A stretch of DNA of 60,905 nucleotides, the filler included, from Jimgerdemannia flammicorona (lineage: Eukaryota), in NCBI GenBank assembly GCA_003990765.1. It is 3 parts of 3 records of this genome, joined end to end, with 100 filler letters (N's around TTAATTAATTAA, not from the genome) between each part and the next. Parts side by side here need not be neighbours in the genome. Positions count along the whole stretch, not along the records: positions 20,339 to 40,574 come from RBNJ01001727.1; 2 more parts are not named here. One strand, written 5' to 3'. Positions 24,534 to 36,600 of this stretch are shown in pieces. Made by a program: the position numbers and the translations under genes. Each line of letters begins with the position of its first letter. Within the stretch, counting starts at the first letter, position 1. The notes under the pieces were generated by a model. It did not search any database. It was not told where the DNA came from and worked only from the letters and a program-made list of their open reading frames with translations.

Positions 24534-26548
24534 ACTTCCCCCCGGCGTGGTTCTCCCCCGGTGTCCCCATCCCTTCTCAGATTCTGTCGTCACTTCTGGT
24601 GCACCCTGAGTGGTTCCTCATACTGTCCCCCCTTCGCCTTTCCCAGTTACTTGTCCCGAATTTTTGGGTTTATTCTTCTCTTGGAACACTTTTGTCTCCT
24701 CCTTTTTCTTCGGCTGACTGTCCTCTTTCTCCCCTTCAAGTCTTTGTCTTATTCTTGGGTCCTCGCTTTGTTTTTCCTACAACTCCCTCACAATTCTCCT
24801 TCACTGATCTGGCTCGTCTAACATGTTTTCATCGTGCTCTTGACCTTGCCATTTTCTTTCAAGATCGTAGTGAGATGCCCTCTCGCTATTTTGTTCCTAG
24901 TGATTGGGTCCCCCCTCCCAATGTCTCTTCACACTGCGTATTCCTCGACATGGCTTGCTCGCTGTCCGTTCCCGGACGAGCTTGCTCTTGCTTGGTTTCG
25001 GACCATGCCATGCATACCACGCTTAAATCGGTCAAGCAATTGCCTATGTACTTGCTCACAGTCACTGATAAGAATCAGAGTTTTGCACTTATTCCTAAGT
25101 CGCTCTACCTTGATGGCCTTACTGCCCTCCTTCGAGCCATGGCTTACGAGCCCAGTGCTCTTGGATTGGATGAGGTTCTTACTCTTCTTCGGGTTTCTCT
25201 GGCTCACGCTAGATCGCTTTCGGACTCCCTGTTCGCGAACCCCATTTTTAACTTCTTCCAGGACTCTTTGTCCTCTCCAGATGTTTCTCTTCTGGTTTTC
25301 TATGCTCTTCCTAAAGTTCACAAGCCTATTTTGGCTTGGCGTCCTATTATGGCTGCTTATAGTTCTTCTACCACTGAGATTTTGAAGTAGTTATCCCGCT
25401 TCTTTCTCTCCTGGATGGCTCTCTTACAACACCATCTTGGGCCTGAGTATACTATTCTTCATGATACTCAGGAGCTCGCCCTTCTCTGCTCCACCATTGT
25501 GCCTGTTCACCGTTTCTCCCATTTGGCCTCTGGTGACTTCTCTTCCTTCTATACTGCTATTCATTTTGATGAGATCAATGATTGCCTTCGCTTCTTGGGT
25601 TCCTTGGTTTTTCCTTTGGATTCCCCAGTTTCGCTGGCTTCCATTGTTGAGCTTACGCTCCTCGTCTGCAGCTCCAATTATTTTGAGTCGGCCCTTGGCT
25701 CCTTCCACCAGACTTCTGGTATTGCTATGGGTATGAATTGTGCCCCCACTCTTGCCAACCTCATTGGCCTGGCCCACGAATTGCGTGCGTTATATGATAT
25801 TACTTCACCTCTTTCCATTGCATTCCAGGCTGGGGATATCTTCTTTCACCGATACATTGATGACTTTATTGTCTTCGCTGTTGCTAGTGTTGATATCTCT
25901 AGTATATTCCTAGGCATCTACCCTCCCCACCATTCTATTACCTGGGTGTGTGGTATGACTAGTATTCCCTTTTTGGACCTTTCCATTTCTCTTTCTCCTT
26001 TCCAAACTGTTGTTTATTCTCGTTTTCCCCATTCCCAACAGTTCCCTGACTTCTTGTCCAACCATCCTCGTCGCACTCTTCTTGAATGTATTCGGGGTGA
26101 GGCTCATTGTCTTGCACTTTGCTGCTCCCGTCGTTCTGATTGGGTGTCTGCTGTTCGGGTTCTTGGCAACTTCATGGTCCATCATCGTGCCTACCCTATT
26201 TCTATCATTCGTGATCTGCTTGCTTCTATTGAATGGTCTGTTGTTTGCTCTACCCTTCTCTCTCCTCTTTATCTCCCCTTCCTTCCCTCTCTCCCCCCTT
26301 ACCCTCTCCATACCCCCTCTTCTTTCCCACCCCCGATTCTCGTCGTACCATTTGATCATGCTCACTGGGTCGCTCAACGCCCTGATACCATCCTGCGCTC
26401 TTCTCTTTCACGCCATGGACTTTCATCTCTTTCCCGACGCCCTCTGATTGCTCGTTCGCATCTTCCTTCTATTTCTTCTTCAATCCATCGCTCTCGCTTT
26501 GCGTTTTCGTCACCTTCTGGTACCTCCGGTTCTGCCGGAGAGGATTAA
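24464..26548 (+). pseudogene. PLE ORF2 reverse transcriptase, one in-frame TAG at 25388-25390, no GIY-YIG domain
   Basis: TDKN, FYALPKVHKP..WRPI, SGDFSSFYTAI, SNYF...GIAMG..CAPTLANL, RYIDD, PFLDL, SNHP; ORFs 24464-25390 and 25415-26548 share one frame, which is -1 relative to ORF1. Confidence 0.9.
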
Positions 26549-27045
26549 AAAACATCCTTGCCCCCTCCGGGGTCTCGCGCTCGCTCCGGGGTCTCGGCCT
26601 TACTCTGCTCCCCTCCGCTGCCTTTGGCCCCTCGCTTCGCTCGGGCTCGCTGCGGCTCGCTCTATTTCGGCCTCACCCCTCGCTCATGCTCACCCCTCCG
26701 GGGTCTGCGGATGTTTTTTAATCTCGATTTGGATTTGTTTTGTTTGTGTTTGTTTGTGATTTTTATCCTACAACTGGGATTGGCTCCCCTCTTATCTCCG
26801 CCTATCTCCGGTGGTCATGTGGTTCCTAATTCGGTTCGCCCCGAGTTGTGGTGCATCCTCCCTTTTGGGATGTCATATTTTGTATATAAGGACCGCATTT
26901 TTACATGGTAATAAACAGCTGATGCAATTTCAGTTACGTTCTTTGTTCGTCCCCCTTATACACACTTTTCCACATGTCTTCCATTCACTTTGACACTGAC
27001 TCTGGGTTCGCTCCCTTGGCTCCCGCTGGGCCTTCTTCCTCCTCT
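26543..27045 (+). repeat. 3' pLTR, 503 bp, starting with the 15-bp inverted repeat GATTAAAAAACATCC...GGATGTTTTTTAATC
   Basis: Direct repeat of 22885-23387; IR arms at 26543-26557 and 26709-26723. Confidence 0.95.
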
Positions 27046-29218
27046 ATATTCAAATAGTGAATATATTATATACTATGAATATATAACTAAGTAATATATA
27101 TATCTAAAAATATATAGTAATAATTTGAATTAATTTACTAATTTCTTAAGTCTTTTACCAAAGTAATAACTATAATATCAGCTTTGAAGTATTCTACAAT
27201 AGCATAAGTAGCCAGAATTAATGAGAAATAAGACTAGGCAGATATCTAGTTCTGGAGTACAGAGATATGATAGTGATTTTTTCTAAAGTTTTAAGTAGTA
27301 TAGTGATGTTTACTGAGGAGAAATATTATACTGAACTTTAGATCAGATTATTTAATAGATAGCAGGATATTTGATTGTGAGGAGTACTTTAATATAGGGT
27401 AAGAGAAGAGTTTTATACAGATGTCTAAACATTAGCTAGGTGAGTATGAGATTCTTAGTAACTTCTGAATAATAATTAAAAATTATCTAAGAGTGGTGAG
27501 AAAGACAGATAGTGAGCAGAGTTGGTGGGAGAATTTGTAAGAATAGTTGATAGACTATATTAGTAATGAGTAGCTTACTATTAGGTAAGTCTTAGTAGTA
27601 TAGGTAGATTTGGCTGAATACTAGTTATATATATTTAAGGAGAGTAGGCAGATGAGTTTAGAGGAGTGTCTATTATAGTGAGAAGAGTTGATAAGAGATA
27701 TTCTATCTAGTTAGTAAGTAGGGTAGAACTTTTAGAGAGATTATTATCATTATTTAGTAAAAGAGATTTATAAGAAGAGTAGCAAAAGAGTTGTAATAAT
27801 TAATAACTTAATGATCTTTAGTTATAAAGAGGTGAGAGAGAGCTCCTTCAGAGAGATTGAGTAAGAATGAGGCTCTTGTATTTTATATGAATTAGATTGA
27901 TTTAATAATAAATATAGAAGAAGAAAAAAAAAAAAAATCTACAATAGTAGCTATTATTATACTATTTAATTAGCTATATGATTATCTTGAAGATATTATT
28001 GATATATATTAAACTGGTGAATATTTTAATTAAATATATATAATTTTGAAAGTAATTTTATTTTAAGTAATTGAGAAGTAATATATATATATTTTATTTA
28101 TTTTTTATTTTTTTATAAATAATGCTTACTACTGCTGAGAATATATATGAAATTTCTAAAATATTACACTATTATATAGTATAGCTTCAGTCTTAGATCT
28201 ATATACTAATATATATTATTTTTATTATAAGTAATGAAAAAAATTCTTAATTAATAAATAGAAGAATCAGATGGAATATATGTATTTGGAAAAAGGAGTA
28301 TAAGTCTGTTAATGCTATTATTATATCTTCAATATTCTATAATATTAATAATTTTATCAACTCAATATACATATATATAAGAAGAAATAGTATATTGATA
28401 TAAATGATGGGCTTGAATAATGAGTGGTATTATTATGTATTTTGATTGGCTTGATTGATTTTTATTCATATTTCTCTATTTTAGTTATTTGTTAGAGAAT
28501 TTAGCTGATTTTTATATAGATATACTGAATTGATAGCAATAAAATCAGTTAGTATATCCTAATCTTTCATGAATAGATTGTGATTATCTTGCTATTTTGG
28601 CAACATTTGTTCAATTTGAATGTATTTTTTCTATTACTAGTGAGCTGGTGACTGAATATCAAAACAGCTTATATATAAATATAATTTGTATATATATATA
28701 TCTGGATTCTTAGTAGTCTTTAGATATTTTCCACTTTCAATTACTCTGAATATTATCCAAATATTATCTGAATCATTTTTTCAAAGTTGGGTTTAGGGTT
28801 AGGTTCAGGAGTCAGGTTCAGAGTCAGGTTTAGAAGTTAGATTCAGAGTTGGGTTAAGGATAAATAATAGGTTAGATTAAAGACATATGATATATATTTC
28901 TGGGTCAGGTTAAAGATGGGTGATGTATAATTCTGGATCAGATTAAAGATGGGAGATGTATATTTCTAGGTCAAGTTAAAGACAGATGATATATATATCT
29001 GGATTAGATTAAAGATAAGTAATGTATAATTCTTAGTTAGATTAAAAATGAGTAATATCTAATTCTGAGTTGGCTGTTTTATGGGTCAGGTTTCAGGTTA
29101 ATTGGGTTGGGTTTGTGGAGCACTAATTCTATCTCATCTCAATCATCCCTATTATTCATTTTAATACTAATATCAACATTAACTCTAACTCTAATCTCAA
29201 CTCAAACCTCAATAGTTC

Positions 29219-29389
29219 GATTTGAACCTTAATTTTCAAAATGTAATAACATGATGAAATCTCATCCAAATTTAACATATTTTAGCTTGTTAGATTCACT
29301 GTATTAATGTGATTCTAACAAGCTAAAGTATGTTAGATTTGGATGAGTTTATGCTGAGTTATTGCATTTTGAAATTTAGGGTTCAAATC
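29219..29389. repeat. Foldback/MITE-like palindrome, arms about 81 bp, 9-nt loop
   Basis: 29219-29299 is the imperfect reverse complement of 29309-29389. Confidence 0.85.
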
Positions 29390-29861
29390 AGACCAATCCC
29401 AACCCCCAACCCATTACTCATCATTGTATTCCACTAACAGTAGTTTGGCTTCTTCATCATTTTAGTCTTAGTTATAGTTTTATATAGTGATTTTATTTTC
29501 CTCCTCCGCCGAGCACAGGAGGACATCACAAAATGACGTCACGCAAATTCCGACTGTTCCCTGTTTCAGCTGAAACCCCCTATAAACAACAGCCGCAGGG
29601 GCCACAAAGCACAAAGTGCTGAGCTAGGCCGTACGGGTGCCGGATACTGTGGTCGCCAGTTATAATTTTTTCGGATTGCGGAATGTACTGTATGAATTCG
29701 TTGCAGTCGCGAAAGTTAAAGGCTAGAAATGTGCGCGTGATGTGGTGTGCCCGCCTCGCGTAACATGATGTTCCTGTTGCAGGAAAAAGGAACTCCGGAT
29801 CACTGTGGAGAACGTCGGTCCTTTTTAGGGTTGTGCAACGATGGCACTCGTATTCGGCCTC

Positions 29862-30186
29862 TCAATTCCCGCCGTCCATCTCGACGTGCCTGTATTCTAC
29901 AGCGAGGTGAAGTGGCGTTAATCCATTCTTGTCTTGGCATTGTCCTCGGTCACGAGCAGAGATAGTGGAGCGACGTTCATAAATTGTTGTCCTTGGCGTT
30001 AGCGTCCACCCCGTGCGCAGCCTTGTCCCCCTGCCGTACTGACGAGATGCCAACCAACGAAATTCCCACACTAATGAGACCCCTCTGCTGACAACTGCTG
30101 AAATCGCTTTGTGAGTACCTCGTAGTGATTGGTCTTCTAGGTTGACGCATGTAGAGCACTATCATCGTCATTCTGTACTTAGTCAT
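29862..30186 (-). pseudogene. Ankyrin-repeat relic
   Basis: HGVDANAKDNN and DKNGLTPLHLAVEYRHVEM lie in different frames with stops. Confidence 0.65.
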
Positions 30187-30866
30187 CGTTCATCGCCATT
30201 CCGTGCTTAATCGTAGTTATCGTTCTGTGCTTGTTCATCATCCGTGGGGTTATGATTTGTGTTATGTATTGCTTGATTATTGGGGAGTTGTTGGAGGTAG
30301 TGGGTCTGACTAGCAATGATGTGGGGATGTCTCTGATATCCGATGCAATTGATCCAGATGTCATTACACATCGTACTGCTACCCATGGTAGGCATAGAAG
30401 TGGAATACGTACGTCACGTGTTGAAAATATACTGTGTTGTATCTTCAAGGAGCAAACTCCTTGATAACATAATTTCTTTAACATAGGTTCTGCATAACAT
30501 ATTCGGTTTGCATAAAGTTTGGTCAGCATTATCGAAGAAACCATTTGTACTTGTACTGATACATGCGTTGTCACACGGCGACTGTCTACATACTCTATAC
30601 GCCAAAAGGCCACGGGGTGGGTGAGCGAATTTGGTATGAACAAGCGGAAAAAGAGATATATAGGGGCGCCAGACGTCCTCGTGACAGAAATCACTGGCCT
30701 CGATCAAAGTTTTTCCATGGCCAAAGAGGTTGCGAGGGATCAAGCGCTACGCGTCCACCATCCATTGCCTGTGACGATTGCCAAACACAATACATATAAG
30801 CAAATTCGACAGACCAAGCAACCGCTCGTACCAAAACTAAAATACCCAGTATCGCCACACACTCAC

Positions 30867-32976
30867 TCACCTCATCGCGTGATTGTTCAGCATGATCAAT
30901 GCGGCCGTGCCCATCCCCGCCCCGACAGCAAGGAGAGTCCAAAGTGTGCGGTTCTTCAACACCAGACGCTCCTTGGCGTTGCGGGCCGGCCCCTGGTCGC
31001 CAAATCGTGAGGGCTTGCGCTCGGCAGGCGGAAGGCTCAGGATGCGCTCAGCATCCGGTTTGGAGGGTACATCACCTGGCTGGAGGGAGGACCAAAGGGT
31101 GGCGTAGGTATTGACGGTCGAGCTAAGGGGTATGATGGAGGGTCAAGATGTTGTGCGTGATGGAGTAAACGCACATGTATGTAACAACGACCTTTGGGCA
31201 AGGTGATACTAACGTCTCGTCTAACCCAGCCCCCGCCTTACGTTGCAACTCCTCGGGTGAGAACTTGATTTCCAGCTCGATCGCGTGCACCACCAAAATA
31301 TCGACATCCACATCTTGCGGGAACTTTGACAAGAAATGGTGCACCAGCGCATTATCCGGCTCCATCTCCAAAAGCTCTTTGCGACGCGAAAGAACGACCT
31401 GCAGGTAGAAAAATCCGACAAAGTGAGAACCAACAGGCCAGCTTTTTCCGGCTTTACGTCAACCTACTATTGCGCAGAACGTACCGCGGTCGCAAAGTAT
31501 ACAGGCATGAGCGGGTTAGACGCGATGAAGAAGTCGAAGAGTCGAGCGACCTTGGCGAAATCAGTAATGTCGTGACTGCACCAGGTCAGGATCCAGCTGA
31601 GGCAGTAGTAGGGGAGGACGCCGACTCTATGATGAGGTAGAAGTGAAGGTCAGCGCCTTACACCTTGGCAAGCAAGGTAAGTGCAAGCAAACACAAAAAC
31701 AGAGGAACTGGTACTTGTATCGGACCAGAGACCACCTACTCATCAATGAAATCAAACACTGGCGGGTCCTCTAGCTTCAATAGTGTGTTGATCAGCGTCA
31801 GCTGTCGCAGAATAGGCTCGAGAGAGTCAAGCATCGCGTCTGTGTGAGAAAGGAAGTCGTTCCGGTAGTTAAGGTATATATACGGAGAAAAAAAAAAGAG
31901 GGGGGGGGGGGGGAGACCACTATAGCAATCATGTAAGGTTCTCCTTTCATCTGACAACCAATCAAATGCATGACCATATATATTTGTTCCTAAAAGGATA
32001 TCTTATGAGGAATAGCGAGACATTTTCGATGGCGGGAATAGCGTTGGTCTTGCCCATGACGATGAGGAAACACGTGCAAACATCGTGGTAGCCCTGCGGA
32101 AAATAATAAAGGTGCTTGATCAATCTATTTGATCACGTTAGAATTGGCGGCTACCTAATTGTTGGCAAATCATTGATGTAACATAATCATGCTGTCAAGG
32201 CCACCAGGGCAATGAGGCCTGAGTACACAAACCTCACCTGGTAATAGTGCAGGAGCGGGTACTTTCGCAGTACCTCAACGATAATATCATTTAAATCGTC
32301 TTGCTTCTGTTTCTTGGTCACAGGGGTTAGATCTGAAAACCATGAAACGACGACGTGTCTGATTGACTACTTGCGCAGAAGAGTATGGACGTTACTAGAA
32401 ATGCTAATTTCCGATAAGACCCACCTGTAGGGTAGTTATTCAACGACCTTTCAACGTCTAACAGAACCTGGCGCTCATCCTTGTGTTCTTCTATCAGGTG
32501 AGAAAGAAGGAAAAGGTTGAGCAGCAGTGGAGACAATAGCAGATTTCTCGAGTGGCTTCGTCATAAAATAGAAAACACACTCTGCACATACCTGCCTTAT
32601 TTTCATCCCAATCGTCGATGACCTTCCCACAATGCAGCAAAAGAGGCCTACGTGTAGTGCAGAACTTTAGCTAATAAGTTCCCTAAAGATTCGCGAAGAC
32701 AATCTCGGCCCAACAGTGCCTTCACTGCCATACGCCGGAAGGCTGCGTGGGTTTGCTCCAATCGGGAGTGCGCCATCCAACATACCACGCGCGCCTTCTC
32801 AAGCCATCGTTGACGAAACCATTATCGGTTCTCGCCAGATGGCGTAAAAGATCGAGTTCCTTGCTAGAGATGGCCTCGTTAATGCGACGTATCCTTCGGT
32901 TGAGTTCGATGTCCTCTTTAGTTTGAGTGACCTTGCGGAGACGCACGAATTTAGCGTTTGTGTGGCGCTTCTTCAT
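30867..32976 (-). CDS. GYP8: TBC-domain Rab GTPase-activating protein, Gyp8/TBC1D20 family, multi-exon
   Basis: Exons encode GFVNDGLRRRAW, DERQVLLDVERS, LHYYQ/GYHDV, DAMLDSLEP and a C-terminal hydrophobic anchor (WTLLAVGAGMGTAALIML); GT-AG introns. The last-exon boundary is uncertain. Confidence 0.85.
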
Positions 32977-33064
32977 GGTTGTTGGCTAAAGAGAACGAAA
33001 CAAGCCACATGTATGCAGACAGCCACATGTTTGCAGGCCAGTCACAAATTCGACATTTTATTTT

Positions 33065-36000
33065 TCAAAATTCCTCCACTGTCTCAATCTTCATCCGATC
33101 CCACGGGCACGCCCCTCTGCCCATCTCGCTCAGCTTTTCTGTACAGGCTCCGCAGATACGGTGTCCGCATGGGCGAAATACTGCAGGGAAATACACAGAT
33201 AACAGTCAACATCATGAGTTGAACAGAGACGGCAAGGCTCAACGTTTGGAAAACTGCAAGGATACCAACCTCGACTCTCCTGCTCCGCACAACAAAGCTG
33301 ACATTCCCCGTGCGGATCCCCCGGAGCCGGTGATGCTAGTGCACTCATGCCGGCCGCGAGGGCTGGTGCTGTTGCTCGCAACGGCGACAGGGGTGGATCT
33401 GCCGCTGTAACAGCGCCTGTTGACGATGATGCTATAACGGCCCCTCCAACCGCGCCCTCCTTCTCTTCCTCTACCTTCACCTCCACCTCCACTCTTCTCC
33501 GCTTTCTCCCCTGCATTTCGCTCATTAGGCGCTCGACCGTATCACGGTACTCTTCCTCTGCCGCGCGAATTGTTTCGTCACGTTTCCGCTTCGCCTCAGA
33601 CAGCACGAGCCTTGATGAAGTTGGGGTAGGGTAGGAATCCAGATCACAACGAATGAAGATGTCGTTTTATCAGATATAGAATCCCTATTGCAAAACAATA
33701 TGAGATATCGCTAAGCCAGTGGGGATTCATTCTTACCTGAAACCATCGTTCCCACCATCATCGTCTTCCATATCAGAGACCAGCGCTGCATTCGTTGTTG
33801 CGACCTCCACAACCGCCAGACCGACCCCCTTACCCCCGGATCCTCGTGCCAATTCGTCGCGCTCATGCCCTCTCGCCATCCCCAACGACGATTCGAACGA
33901 CGCCGAGGCACCACGCTTTGCGCCCACGTTCTCTTTCCCCATCGGTGACCCATCACCCACCATCCTGCCCCCTCGACCCGCCGCCACACCGACACCAGCA
34001 CCCGAAGATCCGCCCGCTGCCAGGGTGGGCAACGCTGAGACACCATTACGGACCCGTAACGAACGCGTTGCAAGTAAGCCCGTCGTCCACACGCGACTTG
34101 CGGCGGCAGCGTTGATAGAGTCTGCCTTCTTGGTACTCACAGCAGCGGGAGCTGCACCGACCGTCAAGCTAGCTCTCGGGGCCGGAAGGACCCGCCGGCT
34201 AGCCTCGCCAAGGTTGGTCCCCGTACTGACACCGGCTGCCACCGTAGTCGGTTTTCTCAGCATGCTCTTGGTTGCTGTGGGAACCGACGACATTGCTGGT
34301 GCAGCTGTCGATCGCGTGGCGGTTGTAGTTTTGGCAGGAATGATATGTTTCGGTGCCGGGATAGCCGTTTTGGTGCAAGATTTCGATAACGACGATGAAC
34401 TTCGCGCGGATGTTGAGGAATACGAGGTAGAGGAAGAGGTCGAGGTGGATGGTATGGGAATAAGGCTGGGCCGGATAGCTTCACATAGTGGAATGGAGGT
34501 AGTTGTAGTTGTGACCACAGAGTTGGTTTCGGTTGGGGTTGTCCTGCAGGAACGAAAGAAGGTAGGAACATAATGTCACGAGCAAGATCTCCCGATTTTA
34601 TGTCGTAATCAATGCGGCGAGAAAGATATCGTCATGCGAAACCTGTTACCATTACCTGCCTGCATTCTCCACGGCTTCACCAGTACGTGACGAAGAGTCG
34701 ACCTCGACAAAGGTCTGTTTTTCCACGGGCCTTCTTATCCTAATTTCCATCTGACCTCGAATCGCCTCCGCGCATCGTGCCGGCTCGTCTTCTTTCCCTG
34801 GGGGGGTCAAAACAAGGTCGGCGGGATTGAGAATTAACCGCGCACCACCAATCCACCCGCCGTTTCTGATTATAAAACGAAAACAACCATCATTGGATCT
34901 CACCTTCCCGAAATACAACCTGCACAAACACGCTCTCCCCAATAGTCAGTAACACCATCGGCGGTGTCCGCCCATCTGGCACGACCTTGGCGCGGACGTC
35001 CGACAACACGGCGAGTGGGTACCGCAACGTCGTTGGCAAGACGGAAGCAAGATCTAAAAGATGACCACGCCACGTGATCGTGGTGTGGGTCAGCGTGAGA
35101 GTGCCGGTGCCCAAGGTGACCTGTTGTGCATCATGATGAGAGAGTGAACACAATAAAAATAAAAAAATAAAAAAAAATAGAAATAATCGAACGAACTTGA
35201 TGCATACAAAGTTGTTGCATATCTGTACACTATCAAAGATTGCCACCGCGTCCTCATCCGGTTCGCCCGGCTCGCTGAGCGTCAGTAGGGATTGCGTTAG
35301 CTCCGATAAAGTATCTTCACGGGTTTTGACCTCATCATCGGGAAGTTTCTCCTGCGCTTTTTTCTGGATTTTTTCAGTCGAAAATAAAATTTTATAACGC
35401 GTTTTCTACTCTTCGATTGATTTATTAAATCACGCAATTCAAAGACGGATAATGGACCGTAAACATGCTCTGCCGAAAAAAAAAAAAGAGACAAATACCA
35501 AGTCAGCATCGGTGATAAACACCTCGTCGAACGAGCCAATCCCAAATACGTCCGTGTTCTCATGCAACGAAGGCCGTGGCGGTGCGGATGGAGCCAACGC
35601 CAACGAAGAACGATCCGCGAGAGACGTTGCCTGGGTGTGTGCGGAGATGGTCACCGCTGCTGGTGGCTCTTTCGGGGGCCCTTTCGCAGCCGAGGAGGCT
35701 TCAGAGAGCAGCCTGTCCAACTCCTGGAGATCTCCCGTGTCGAGGGTGATATCGTGCGGGAGTTTGGCTTTCGCTGCGGAGGCGAAGTCTGTGTTCTCGA
35801 GCCTGTTATCGTGGAGGAAGGACGCAAAACGTCTATTTGCGTGCGGATGAACACGAGACGCACTAAGGGGTGGCTTGTGCTTGACCTCCGAAAAGCCCAT
35901 ATCAAACGGTGAAGCGAGCACGTCGTCCAGGGTCAAATCCAGTTCGTCCGCGATGGCAATCGCGTCCGGTTTTTTGGGTGTCCTGTAGAAGGACGAGGCG

Positions 36001-36248
36001 AGGGGCGAATCCGGTGGGATCATGAACTGATGTGGCGTCGTCGAGTTGGGTTTGGTGTATTGCCGTGGGGTGATGTTCAAGTCGAGGGTGGCCAAGGCAT
36101 TATCGCGGGCGGCCGGAGATGCGGCTGAGGGCTTTGGGCGCGGTGAGGTGTTTGCGGGACCGAGGTCGGGAGGAGTGAAGCCGAAGGCTGAGGAGGCGAG
36201 AAAGTCGGGGTTGAAGTCGAATAGGTTCTGAAAGGGCGGGGTTGCCAT
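33065..36248 (-). CDS. Multi-exon protein: disordered N-terminus, PH-like beta segment, Ser/Thr-rich linker, coiled coil, C-terminal RING finger (putative E3 ligase)
   Basis: ATG at 36248 (MATPPFQNLF); exons in ORFs 35439-36290, 34890-35246, 33733-34518 and 33130-33606; spliced end ECQLC...RPCGHRICGAC...CPWDR, stop at 33065-33067. Confidence 0.75.
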
Positions 36249-36600
36249 TGTTTTTGAGTGTTGGGTTGCAAAGTGGCACGCGACCAACAAAACGCGTGCA
36301 TTCCGAATTTGGTCGGATTTTGTTTATTTTATTTTTTGAATATAATGACATAAATTAGATGACCATCTCGAGGATATCTGCTTTACAAAAAAGCGTACTC
36401 AACTTCAGCTCCTCTCCAAGAAGTTCATGACATGGTGCTTGAGAAAGATGGAAATTTCAACCACTCTCTTCAAAGTAATTACGATGCTTCGTCTCTGGCT
36501 AAGCGAGCACAATGAGTAGCTGTATATGGTATAGTCGTGATGTCATTCTAGGCTTGTCATTTCTCTTGCCATTTCTCTGTCCTTTTTGATCCATTTCAAA

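Larger units (their letters stand above)
22563..27045 (+). mobile_element. Penelope-like retroelement (PLE), no recognisable endonuclease, near intact
   Basis: PLE-type RT motifs, direct pLTRs 22885-23387 and 26543-27045, inverted partial pLTR 22563-22899, no TSD seen, GC/CpG-rich against AT-rich flanks. Confidence 0.9.
20339..29125 (+). mobile_element. Heavily decayed hAT DNA transposon hosting the Penelope-like insertion
   Basis: Decayed hAT dimerisation motif (..NQLVYPNLS..DYLAILATFV..ECIFS, about 28525-28660); transposase-like sequence resumes across the PLE insertion; subterminal (C/G)AGGTT/GGGTT repeats 28790-29115 end in a hAT-type terminus GTGGAGCACTA (TAGTGCTCCAC on the - strand). 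May be a composite of more than one relic. Confidence 0.65.

Noticed and set aside
25388..25390. Programmed read-through at the TAG in PLE RT
   Set aside because: More simply a TGG-to-TAG hit from the pervasive G-to-A decay.
22563..27045. DIRS-type element or DNA transposon because of the terminal inverted repeats
   Set aside because: RT motifs are PLE-type; no tyrosine recombinase, RNase H or transposase is seen.
28786..28860. TTAGGGTTAGG as a telomeric repeat near the PLE
   Set aside because: Fewer than two units, embedded in hAT subterminal GGGTT/AGGTT repeats 1.7 kb from the PLE.
33719..34573. 284-aa + strand ORF
   Set aside because: Antisense shadow of the Ser/Thr-rich exon of the RING gene.
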